Of a stretch of 51,618 nt of DNA, positions 37,954 to 49,591 are shown piece by piece. The notes below the pieces were generated by a model, which ran no database searches, was not told the origin of the DNA, and was given only the letters and a program-made list of their open reading frames with translations. Source of the DNA: Octopus sinensis. Lineage: Eukaryota. The position numbers were made by a program, and so were the translations under genes. The stretch spans positions 1-51,618 of the forward strand of contig NW_021833991.1 of the NCBI RefSeq assembly GCF_006345805.1. Direction: 5' to 3'. Position 1 is the stretch's first letter. Each line of letters begins with the position of its first letter.

Positions 37954-38951
37954 GTAACAGAAATGACTGTGTGAATCTTTTTGTGTCTTTGTCCACCACC
38001 ACCACTTGACAACCAGTGTTGGTTTGTTTATGTTCCTGTCACTTAGCAGTGTGGCAAAAGAGACCAACAAAGTAAGTACCAGTCATAAAATAAAAATAGT
38101 ACTGGGATTGGTTCATTCAACTAAAAATTCTTCAAGACGATGCCTCAGTCTGAAACAAGTAACAAAAAACTTTTATAAATTCTAAGAGAGGCTGTGTGGT
38201 AAGTAGCTTGCTTACCAACCACATGTTTCCAGGTTCAGTCCCACTGCATGGCACCTTGGGCAAGTGTCTTCTACAATAGCCTCGGGCCGACCAAAGCCTT
38301 GTGAATGGATTTGGTAGACGGAAACTGAAAGAAATCTGTCATAATATATCATCTTCATCATCGTTTAACGTCCGTTCTCCATGCTAGCATGGGTTGGACA
38401 GTTCGACCGGGGATCTGGGAAGCCAGAAATGTGTGTGTGTATATGCTTGTGTGTCTGTCTGTCCTCCCAACATTGCTTGACAACTGATGTGTGTTTACGT
38501 CCCTGTGACTTAGCAGTTCAGCAAAAGACATCGAGAGAATAAGTACTAGACTTACAAAGAATAAGTCCTGGTGTCTATTTGCTTGATTAAAGGCGCTGCT
38601 CCAGCATGACCACAGTCAAATGACCGAAACAAGTAAAAGAAAGTAGAAGATATCAACTGTCTCATCTCGCCAATGAATTATGTAACTATCATCATCGTTT
38701 AACGTCCATCTCCCATGCTGGCATGGGTTGGATGGTTTGACAAGGGGCTGGCCAGGCAGAAGACTGCACCAAACTTCAGTGTCTGTTTTTGGCAGGGTTT
38801 TTACAGCTGGATGCCCTTCCTAACACCAAACACCCAGTAGACTGGACTGAGTGCTTTTTACGTGGCACAAGCACAGGCGAAGACAGTTTTGGCAAAGTAT
38901 TTACAGTTGGATGCCCTTCCAACCACTTCACAAAATTTTCATCATGTATAT

Positions 38952-39419
38952 TTAACCCCTTCGTTACTGTATTTCTGTTGAGATGCTCTGTGTTTCTTTC
39001 AATTACTTTAAATATAAGAAAGAATTTAGTAAAATAACTTTAGTTATCATTAAGCTAGTGTTAGGAACATAAATTGTGACTAAGGTTTGGTGGAAGATTT
39101 TAATCCAAAACTTATGAAAACAAAACGTTTGTACTCAGAGCCAGAGCCAGTTTCAGCCAGGTTGGTATCAAAAGGATTAAGAATTATTCTCTATTATATA
39201 TATTTTAATCCTTTCGTTACTGTATTTCTGTTGAGATGTTCTGTGTTTCTTTCAATTAATTTTAAATATAACAAAGAATTTAGTAAAATAACTTAGTTAT
39301 CATTAAGCTAGTGTTGGGAACATAAATTGTGACTAAGGTTTGGTGGAAGAGTTTAATCCAGAACTTTTGAAAACAAGACAATTGTTCTCCAGAGCCAGAG
39401 TTGGTATCAAAAGGATTAA
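38952..39419 (+). mobile_element. piggyBac-type MITE dimer (P1)
   Basis: TTAA at 38952, 39177, 39205 and 39416; same spacer. Confidence 0.78.
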
Positions 39420-39668
39420 TGTCAGTTTTCCATGCTGGTATGGGTTTGACGGTTTGACTGGTAACCAGAAACTGCACCAGGTTCCAAGCTGATTTGGCAT
39501 GGTTTCTCCTGCTGGATGTCCTTCCTAACGCCAACCACTCCAAGAGTGTAGTATGCACATAAAAAGTGAAGTGGACCAGTGCATAAGAATGTTGTTCACC
39601 ATTAGTTCAAATAAGGATTCCTGGTTCGAATTCAAGTCTGAGACAGGCGATTCTTGTTTAACAGAGAT

Positions 39669-40404
39669 TTAACCCTTTTGATACCAACCTGGCTGAAACC
39701 GCCTTTGGGTCTGTAGTACAAATGTCTTGTTTTCATAAGTTCTGAATTAGAATCTTCAACCAAACGTTAACCACAATTTATGTTCCCAACACTAGCTTAA
39801 TGATAACCAAGTTATTTTACTAAATTCTTTGTTATATTTTAAGTAATTGAAAGAAACACAGAGCATCTCAACAGAAATATGGTAACAAAAGGGTTAAAAT
39901 ATATATAATAGAGAATAATTCTTAATCCTTTTGATACCAACCTGGCTGAAACCACCTTTGGGTCTGTAGTACAAATGTCTTGTTTTCATAAGTTCTGAAT
40001 TAGAATCTTCAACCAAACGTTAACCACAATTTATGTTCCCAACACTAGCTTAATGATAACTAAGTTATTTTACTAAATTCTTTGTTATATTTTAAGTAAT
40101 TGAAAGAAACACAGAGCATCTCAACAGAAATATGGTAACAAAAGGGTTAAAATATATATAATAGAGAATAATTCTTAATCCTTTTGATACCAACCTGGCT
40201 GAAACCACTTTTGGGTCTGTAGTACAAATGTCTTGTTTTCATAAGTTCTGAATTAGAATCTTCAACCAAACGTTAACCACAATTTATGTTCCCAACACTA
40301 GCTGAATGATAACTAAGTTATTTTACTAAATTCTTTGTTATATTTTAAATTAACTGAATGAAACACAGAGCATCTCAAAATAAATACGGTAACAAAAGGG
40401 TTAA
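39669..40404 (-). mobile_element. piggyBac-type MITE trimer (P1), 253-bp period
   Basis: TTAA at 39669, 39894/39922, 40147/40175 and 40401; units near-identical. Confidence 0.8.
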
Positions 40405-40971
40405 AATGCAATCTTTTACTTGTTTAAACCATTTGAACTGTAACTATGCAGGGCCCAGTCGACCAAATCGATCCCAGTACTACTTTTAAACCATATATAC
40501 CCCCTGGTTGCATTTTCACAATGCAAAACCTGCTCCTACCTGTTTGGACATGAACTCATCTGGAAGAATCTGACTGACCCTACGAAATGTCCAGTAGGGA
40601 GTCGACACCCAAAGCTAACAGTTGCATCCTGTCCTTCTCTTTCAGATGGTGAAAGCTTACCATAACGTTTAATCTAAATACAGTGAAATTTTAAGACTTC
40701 ATTTTTTTATGGGCATATAATGGGTTAATGTCTGGTATTTAGTCTATCGGTCTCTTTTGCTGAATCACTAAGTTGCAGGGAACGTAAACAAACCAATAGC
40801 GGTTATCCAGCGGCGATAAACACAAACATTCAAATACACACACATACACAAAGGGATTTACACATGACGGGCTTCCGCACAATTTCCGTCTGTCAGATTA
40901 ACTTGCAAGGTATTTGGCATTGATCAGCTCAGCACGACAGACGAAGACACAAGCCCATGGTGCCAGGCAAT

Positions 40972-41228
40972 GGTACTACTTAAGAAGAGTGGTCCCGGTG
41001 CGCGCACTCGCGTATCTGCGCTAGCTAGTCGTGACTAGTCGATCCTTACTTTGTGTTTTTGTATTTTATTCACTTTGTTTAGAAAAATTATTTACTTTGT
41101 GTAAAAAAAATTATTTATTTTGTGTTTTATTTACTTTGCTAGGTAGTCGTTGTAGGATCGACTAATCACGACTAGCGAGCGCGGATGCGCGACTACGCGT
41201 ACCAGGACCACTCTTCTTAAGTAGCACC
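40972..41228. mobile_element. MULE-type MITE with long TIRs and 9-bp TSD, inserted in an old S1 SINE
   Basis: TIRs of about 75 bp starting GGT(A/G)CTACTTAAGAAGAGTGGTCC. TSD cca(g/c)gcaat at 40963-40971 and 41229-41237. Single-arm copy at 42321-42420. Confidence 0.75.
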
Positions 41229-41922
41229 CCACGCAATGGGGTTGAAACCGAAACCACGTGGTTGCAAATCGAACTCGTAAACCACACAGCCATGCCTATA
41301 AAATGATGTTAACAGCGCAGAATATTATAATCCTCATGGCAGAAATTCATCTTCTTTAAATATTCCTCATAAAAACGACACGGCAACAGATTTTCTCGTA
41401 TCTTCAATCGAGAGATAAACATTGTCCTGTACCCGGACATTATCATTTACCTGCTTACACAACGAAGGGTTACACGTTCGACTATTTCTATTTAATATAT
41501 ATATATATATATATATATTATATGAAAACGTTAAAAAGACATATAATAAGTACACACAATAAGTACTCAGACCAAACCCAGTGTCTAAAATCCGATGTGA
41601 AATGAAAGGAGATGGGATTTGCACCATGTGGTGAAATCTGCTAAATTATTTCTGTACGTTCTTCTGTATAAATGACTTGAAGCCTGGTACTGCTCTGTTC
41701 ATGCCTTATTATATATATATATGTATATACCTACATTTATATGTATATATACATGCATATATGGGTACAGGACACAAAAAAAAACGTAGAACACAACGAG
41801 AAACAAAAACATGGAAACGGACTATTTCAAATATATATATATATTGCAAAGGACATTAAAATGTTAATTTATTTATTTATTAAAATGATAATTATAATAA
41901 CATACATACATGTAGCATATTA

Positions 41923-41943
41923 GGATCTTTTCGGTAAAGATCC
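41923..41943. mobile_element. 21-bp TIR-only remnant of the 354-784 family with perfect 8-bp TSD
   Basis: gcatatta-GGATCTTTTCGGTAAAGATCC-gcatatta. Confidence 0.7.
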
Positions 41944-42417
41944 GCATATTATTCTATGCATATAAAATAAGAATCCATTTAATACACTAGGTAAGTTAAT
42001 TGCAATGCAATTAAAAAGCACTTTTGTATTTATAATTGGGTATTCTGCCAGCAGTATATTGGATAAGTATTATCCCTTAGTGGGTTGGACCTAAAACCCC
42101 TAACTTTCTTGGAGTTTATATATATATAAATTAAGATGGCTTATTCGCAATTTACAACGAAAAGGTACCAGTATAGACGTCACTAAAGTGGCGGAGGGTG
42201 CTAGTGAGCAACAGTATTGCTAGAAATAGGAGTCAGAACAACTAGCGACATACGGGCACTCGCCGGCCGTGGTGTCTCGTGCAAGGTACTCGCAGCGACG
42301 AACAGCCGTACATACATATAGGTACTACTTAAAAAGAGTGGTCCCGGTGCACGCACTCGCGCATCTGCGCTAGCTAGTCGTGACTAGTCGATCCTATAAC
42401 GACTACCTAGCGAAGTA

Positions 42418-42448
<31 letters not shown>

Positions 42449-42531
42449 TAAGGGTAGAAATTGATATTTATCAATTAAGACCAGTGGTCTAGCATAATAA
42501 AAAAGAATCCGAAGATTAAAATATATATATA

Positions 42532-42699
42532 TACCAATTAAGGACTGAACACGAAAAGTGGACAGTCAACATGCTAGATATAGACGTCAAATCGCCATTC
42601 TCCACAAAGATTATGAGTTTGATTTGAGAACATAATCTTTTGTGGAGAATGGCGATTTGACGTCTATATCTAGCATGTTGACTGTTCAGTCCTTAATTG

Positions 42700-42702
<3 letters not shown>
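42532..42702. repeat. Near-perfect long inverted repeat (hairpin)
   Basis: Outer 19-bp stem (42532-42550 with 42684-42702), 13-nt bulge, inner stem of about 52 bp (42564-42615 with 42631-42683), 15-nt loop. Confidence 0.9.
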
Positions 42703-42736
<34 letters not shown>

Positions 42737-42779
42737 AGTGAGTGCATACTTATTTGGACAATGAATATTTTACATTCCC

Positions 42780-43440
42780 GTCCACGTATCGGTGGTGCAA
42801 TACAAAGTAAGGAAGAATCGTAGGTACTTACTTGCCAGACAGTTGCGTCAAGGTGTTCTTGGCATCTTCTCGGTCCTTCGGTTTGCCATAGATCTTGTCA
42901 CCCACAGTTATAATCGTGTCCGCTCCGATAACAATATCCGGAGGGGGTTTAACCGAGTCCCCGCTCTGCTTTTCGGAGACTCCCAGCCGTCGTGCCACTT
43001 CGATGGCCTTGCCACGGGCCGTCGCTTTCGCGTAATCGGCCGGGGTCGGGAAAGCGCTCTGCTCCAGGTTCTCTTCAAAAGTTGACGGCACAACTTCGAT
43101 ACTCATGCCGACATTTTCCAGGATCTGCTTCCTGCGGGGCGAAGCGCTCGCTAGAATAATCCGAAGAGAATTGATTTCGGTAATGATGGGCTGCAGCATG
43201 GTGGTGCTGCTGGAGGTGCTGCTGCTGGAGGTGCTGCTGCTGCTGGAGGTGGTGGTCCTTGTGGGTCGGCGTCGACGCTCCTCCGCTCGATACCATTCCC
43301 CTTACACCGGCTGACGAGGTCCAGTCGCAGAGGTAGGAACCGGAAGCGAAGCTCAGCGACCTTTCTTTCGGCTTTACGCAGAACTCTTTTAGATCGTAGT
43401 AGAAAAACAGGAGCAGGAACAAGCAGCAGAAAACGAACAG
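42780..43440 (-). promoter_or_regulatory. GC/CpG-rich first-exon and promoter region with a CAG-type repeat in the leader and an ETS-like CCGGAAG motif (43340-43346)
   Basis: Sharp rise in GC and CpG against the AT-rich background around the start codon. TSS not determinable from sequence. Confidence 0.5.
42832..43199 (-). CDS. ASMTL: Exon 1 of Maf/YhdE-family nucleoside triphosphate pyrophosphatase (ASMTL-like, Maf domain only)
   Basis: ORF carries Maf motifs IILASASPRR, STFEE, KA, IVIGADT, YGKP and LSG. The ATG is in a CCACCATG context with an in-frame TAA about 100 nt upstream. The exon ends GGC AA|GTAAGT, a consensus donor in phase 2. Confidence 0.93.
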
Positions 43441-43640
43441 AACGAAAAAACAGATCCACATGATATCCATTTTGAATGTCTTGTTGAATAAAACGATAGT
43501 GTTTTCATGAGTTGCTATTGATACGGTGTAACCCCAAAAATTTCGACTCTGATTAGAAAATCCTTGAGGCTGGAAATTATGCTTAAATATTTTTTTAAAA
43601 CAATATAATTAAAGTATTTACATGTATAACTAAACCAATG

Positions 43641-43659
<19 letters not shown>

Positions 43660-43671
<12 letters not shown>

Positions 43672-43803
43672 GGAGAGAGAGAGAGAATGTGTTATATACT
43701 TCGTGTATATATATATATATATATGGAGAGAAAGAGAATGTTATATACTTCGTGTATATATATATATATATGGAGGAGAGAGAGAGAATGTGTTATATAC
43801 TTC

Positions 43804-43867
<64 letters not shown>

Positions 43868-44000
43868 AGAGAGAGAATGTGTTATATACTTCGTGTATAT
43901 GTATTGATATATATATGAGAGAGAGAATGTGTTATATACTTCGTGTATATGTATTGATATATATATGGAGAGAGAGAATGTGTTATATACTTCGTGTATA
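43660..44000. repeat. Minisatellite: GAGAGAATGTGTTATATACTTCGTGTAT units separated by variable (TA)n
   Basis: About six units upstream of the Maf start codon. Confidence 0.85.
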
Positions 44001-44423
44001 TGTTATATATGTATATATATATATATATATTATATATTATATATATATATATAATTAAAAAGTATATAGATATATATTATTTATATACTTTATGGCTGTA
44101 TGTACATATTTTTTGTCTTTTTTAGCCAGGAGGTGAGGCAATACCCTATGGTCCTTTAAAATGCTTTTGACACTGATGTGGAGGGATTGAGAAGGAAAGA
44201 CATCCTCAAGGTGGAATTCTGGTCCAAATGCTTATCACATAGTGGATTCCGCTAAAGGTACCCCAGGAGCCAGGTGGTGTGTTTATGTTATTACTTGTAT
44301 GTGTGCCAGCGTGTGTGTTGTTATTTATATAAAAATCATGGCCTATACCTAGATATTTAGTTCGACGATGACTTAGCTGGCCGAAACTTCGGAGTCACTG
44401 GCAAGAACATTGTTGTGTAAGAA

Positions 44424-44672
44424 TAGATAGATAGATTGATTGATAGATAGATGGATGGGTAGATGGATAGATAGTCACCAGCGCTTGACTACTGGAATTG
44501 GTTAGTTTACGGTCTAGCGGTTCGGCAAAAGAGAACGATAGAATAGGTACCAGGCTCTCAAAGAAAATACACTAGGGTCGATTCATTCGACTAAGAATTC
44601 TTCAAAGCGGTGCCCCAGCATAGCCGCAGTCTAATGACTGAAACAAGACAGATAGATAGATGGATGGATGGG

Positions 44673-44761
<89 letters not shown>

Positions 44762-44782
44762 GATAGATAGATAGAGACAGAT

Positions 44783-44821
<39 letters not shown>

Positions 44822-44841
44822 GATAGATAGATAGATAGATC

Positions 44842-44924
<83 letters not shown>

Positions 44925-44925
44925 G
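44424..44925. repeat. (GATA)n array interrupted by an S1 SINE 3' fragment (about 44474-44648)
   Basis: Directly visible. Confidence 0.9.
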
Positions 44926-45073
44926 GATGGACCAATGCGTGTGGTTGTGTGTGTATTATTTGCAATCAAACTTCTTAGTGAACCCGAAGTAAGCAACAAG
45001 CAGCATTATTTTTTGGGTTTTGCTTCTGTTCCTTTGTTATTTCTTTTTTTGCCTTTTTTTTTTGTTTTTGCAG

Positions 45074-45292
45074 CAGAATCAACCGAGATGGCTTTCCGCA
45101 TCCAACAAGCCTGACGGTTTCAAGGAGAAATACCTAAAAGACGGGGAAAAAAAAACAAACACAAACGGAGAAAGTCTTGTCTCCGGATCAAAAGCTTCAG
45201 CATCAAAACAACGATGCCAGAAGCAGCGACAACAATCGCAGAATTCCTCCTCGCTCCATCTCCGCCACTCCAAAAACGCAACCAAACAATAG
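45074..45292 (+). CDS. Candidate terminal coding exon of an unidentified plus-strand gene (QNQPRWLSASNKPDGFKEKYLK...)
   Basis: Long pyrimidine tract plus CAGCAG acceptor, a 72-codon non-repetitive frame to TAG, and AATAAA at 45449-45454. No family recognised. Confidence 0.3.
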   Translation, partial: QNQPRWLSASNKPDGFKEKYLKDGEKKTNTNGESLVSGSKASASKQRCQKQRQQSQNSSSLHLRHSKNATKQ

Positions 45293-45664
45293 TGACGCTG
45301 CTGCTGCTGATGATGATGGTGATGCTGCTGCTGCTGCTACGACTACTGCTACCGCTTCTACTGTTGGTACAATAGCGCGGGACTAATAGAGAATTAGAAT
45401 GAATGAAAAAGAAAGAAGAACGGTAAACATGCACTGAGGATTAGGTGGAATAAAAGTAATGCGATATATGTAATGATGACGGCAACAACAACACGAGCAT
45501 CAACATACGCTTGCACATATTTCCATATATTTAGAGAGACAGACAGACAGACATATTTCTGTATATGTGTGTGTTGGGTCGGGGGGGGGCGCGTGTGTAA
45601 TTTATTTTCGATATATGTAAGACATACGTATTAATTATAAATACTAAATGTATCTTATATACTG

Positions 45665-45689
45665 CATTATTATATAATATATATATATA

Positions 45690-45758
<69 letters not shown>

Positions 45759-45844
45759 TATATATATATATATAGTATATATATATATACATTATATATA
45801 AGATATATATATACATATATATATAATATATATATATATACATA

Positions 45845-45879
<35 letters not shown>

Positions 45880-46001
45880 CATATATATATATACATATAA
45901 ATATATATACTATATGTATAGATATATATATATATTATGTATATATATATATATATATATACATATATATATTATATATTATATATAATACTAATACATA
46001 C

Positions 46002-46075
<74 letters not shown>

Positions 46076-46080
46076 CACGT
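45665..46080. repeat. (TA)n-rich array
   Basis: Directly visible. Confidence 0.92.
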
Positions 46081-46469
46081 ATGTGTATAACTCAATGAGT
46101 ACCAAACATGACACGAGATGGACTATTTAACAAATGTTCTTAGTTAATCATTGTGTGCATGTGTGTATATATATATTATATATACATGTAATGTGTGTGT
46201 GTGTGTGTGTGTGTCTGATTTGCAGTCTTGCAATTTTATTGTCTCTATAGCGAGATGTTTATTTGCATCAGGTCCGTATAAAAAGGTGTTGATTTGTGCA
46301 TCCTGAACGTGGAGCCGTGTCCGATCAATTCTACACAACAACCTGTCGTGTGCTTTTTTCTGCAACTCAGTGAGTTCATACGCGTGTCTGGTCGTTCTAT
46401 CTATGAGAATATATATCCGTGCCAAACAATATTCATATGTTTACACGCGCGTGCATGCCGCATATGTGT

Positions 46470-46470
<1 letters not shown>

Positions 46471-46554
<84 letters not shown>

Positions 46555-46562
46555 GGATAGAT
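46471..46562. repeat. (GATA)n flanking the 3' end of Tx1-like copy A
   Basis: Directly visible. Confidence 0.95.
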
Positions 46563-47641
46563 ATGTTTCTTTATTAGCCACACAGGGCTGCACACAGATA
46601 GAACAAATTACAAGGTAGAGCTTTTCTTTTGAAGGTTTAAAAAAAAAAATTGAAGGGGGAGTTTCGATCAAAAGGGATCGTAAAAGGAGAGAAAGAGGAC
46701 AAAAAAGGGGGGGTTAAAAAAAAAGGGGGAGAGGAAAAAAAAATGATCAATAGGGATCGTTCTCACAGAAATGTCAATATGAAGTGTAAAGGGGAGGACA
46801 GGTGAGGTTTACCCGTGGAAAGAAAAGCCTACGGAAAAGACCACGGTAACCTCGGTCAATGAAGTCACATTTTATATTTCTTTTTTTTTTTTTTTTTTTG
46901 CAAATAAGCAACTCTCTGTTTTCGATTTCTGGGTTCATAGGACTATGCTCAAGGTGGCTTCGTCATTCATAACGTGCCATTCTTGCTACATTCACCATCT
47001 TTTTTTAAAACATTCGCTAGACAAAACTTGCCTCTCTACTCTCACTTTCCTTTTCAAGTGGTACTTGAAGAAGTTGATGAGAGATTGACCAGAGAGGAAA
47101 GTGTTTGTCTCCAATCCTTTCAGACGCGTCCACCAGATACATTCTTTCGCCATAGCCACAAGGATGATGAAAATAGCTCTTCCTTCCCGTTTGAAGGAAG
47201 GAGGCGTGACAATATTAACGATAGACTCAGCTGATAAACCGACTCGTCCCACACGTGACAGCAGTTGTTCGACACAAGCCCACAGGTCGGAAATTGTTGG
47301 ACACTGCACGAGTGCGTGCAGAACGGTTTCGTCGCTCTGACCGCATCTCGGGCAGGTCGGCCCCGTGTTTCTCGAGCCGTGTCTGTAGAGCTTATCCCGA
47401 ACGGGTAGCGCTTCTCGGTAGCACTGCCAGGCCAGGGATCTCTGGAAGTTGTCCATGGGCCCTGGCCCGAAAGTCGTCCTGAACAGGCGGGTCAGGTACT
47501 CCTCGTCGACGTCCAGGTTCGCCCCGAGCTCGTCGTCGTACCTCCCCTCCACTAAACCCCTATAGAATGCTTTGGTGTGTTGAAGTCACTTAAGGTCGAC
47601 CAGGACGGCAGAGTTGCTTGAGAGCAACGCGACACTCGCGG
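46563..47641 (-). mobile_element. 5'-truncated Tx1/L1-like non-LTR retrotransposon (copy A): ORF2 C-terminus plus 3' UTR
   Basis: ORF 46992-47552 has a CCHC zf-RVT-like motif CPRCGQSDETVLHALVQC. 3' UTR ends with AATAAA (46570-46575). One upstream in-frame stop and two compensating frameshifts near the C-terminus. (GATA)n on both sides. Confidence 0.85.
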
Positions 47642-48018
<377 letters not shown>

Positions 48019-48199
48019 GTGTGTTGTTGACTGCCTAGGAGAAATAATCGAAACCAATTCATGGCAGAGGCATTTCTGGACAATTAATCGATATTGTTAT
48101 TTTTAGAAGAAGGAACCAAGTCATGATTCGCGTTACTCCTTTCAGTGACTGAGGAGTATAGGATTAATCGGGCTTCACCTCGAATGCGATGGTGCCGAG

Positions 48200-49096
48200 G
48201 CATGAACCATGGGTGCATGTGTGGCTGTATGATAAGAAGCTTGCTTCCCAACCTCACGGTTCCGGGTTCAGTCCCACTGCGTGGCACCTTGGGCAAGTGT
48301 CTTCTACTCAAGCCTAGGGCCGACCAAAGCCTTGTGAATAGATTTGGTAGACGGAAACTGAAAGAAGCCTGTCGTATATATGTATATATATTTATAGGTG
48401 CAGGAGTGGCTGTGTGGTAAGTAGCTTGCTTCCCAACCCCATGGTTCCGGGTTCAGTTCCACTGCGTGGCACCTTGGGCAAATGTCTTCTGCTATAGCCC
48501 CGAGCCGACCAAAGCTTTGTGAATAGATTTGATAGACGGAAACTGAAAGAAGCTCGTCAGGTGTGTGTGTGTGTGTATCCCCGTCACCAGCGCTTGACTA
48601 CCGGAATTGGTTAGTTTACGGTCTAGCGGTTCGGCAAAAAAGAACGATAGAATAGGTATCAGGCTTACAAAATAAAAGGCACTAGGGTCGATTCCATTCG
48701 ACTAAGAATGTTTCAAGGCGGTGCCCCAGCATGGCCGCAGTCTAATGACTGAAACAAGTAAATGATAAAAGATACACGATCAGAGCCCCATTTGTCTTTG
48801 ATGATTTTTTTTGTTTTTGGTTTCTTTTTTCATGTGAGGAAGGACCGATAAATAGAGGACCAATTCATGGCCGTTTATTGACCGGGTGGTTAGGGTGTCT
48901 GATGAGACCTTTTTTCCGTGTCTGTCTGGTGTCATTGCATCCTGCCAGCAACAAATGCAGCGATGCTTATCTAAGGTGTCTTAGTCCTTGCTTTTAAGTT
49001 CGGTAACACTGGTGGCATAGTGAATGTGTGGGGGGAACATGTCTATGATGAGACAACTTGAGGTCTTCCTTAAAAGAAACAAATCTTGCTCAGCCA

Positions 49097-49127
<31 letters not shown>

Positions 49128-49570
49128 ACAGGGTGCGCTAAAAGTCACGAAAAGGTATGAAACTAAATTACTTCAAATGTGGTAAGTAGCTTGCTTACCG
49201 ACCACATGGTTCCGGGTTCAGTCCCACTGCGTGGCACCTTGGGCAAGTGTCTTCTACTATAGCCTGGGGCCGACCAAAGCCTTGTGAGTGGATTTGGTAG
49301 ACGGAAACTGAAAGAAGCCCGTCGTATATATATATATATATATATATATACGTGTGTGTGTTTGTGTCTGTGTTTGTCCCCCCAACATTGCTTGACAACC
49401 GATGCTGGTGTGTTTACGTCCCCGTAACTTAGCGGTTCGGCAAAAAAAGACCGATAGAATAAGTACTAGGCTTACAAAGAATAAGTCATGGGGTCGATTT
49501 GCTCGACTAAAGGCGGTGCCCAGCATGGCCGCAGTCACATGACTGAAACAAGTCAAAGTAAAAGGGTAAA
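48200..49570 (+). mobile_element. SINE S1 copies (48200-48775 with doubled head; 49180-49570)
   Basis: Match to S1 motifs. Confidence 0.75.
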
Positions 49571-49591
49571 AAAAAGGGTCTGTGATTTTTT

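Larger units (their letters stand above)
7901..42831 (-). other. Single 34,931-bp GT-AG intron of the Maf gene
   Basis: Donor GTAAGT at 42831-42826 and acceptor CAG at 7903-7901. Phases match and the join completes the Maf domain with no missing segment. Confidence 0.88.

Noticed and set aside
40610-40680. Plus-strand branch point, pyrimidine tract and CAG followed by ATG
   Set aside because: All three frames stop within nine codons and no partner exon is evident.
43075-43470. 131-aa and 102-aa minus-strand ORFs as separate genes or N-terminal extensions of Maf
   Set aside because: Both are out of frame with Maf, and the Maf frame has an upstream TAA. Only the internal ATG at 43296 is kept, as a uORF candidate.
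46144-46425. 93-aa minus-strand ORF with a protein-like middle
   Set aside because: No recognised motif, no convincing splice pair, and it runs into a CA repeat.
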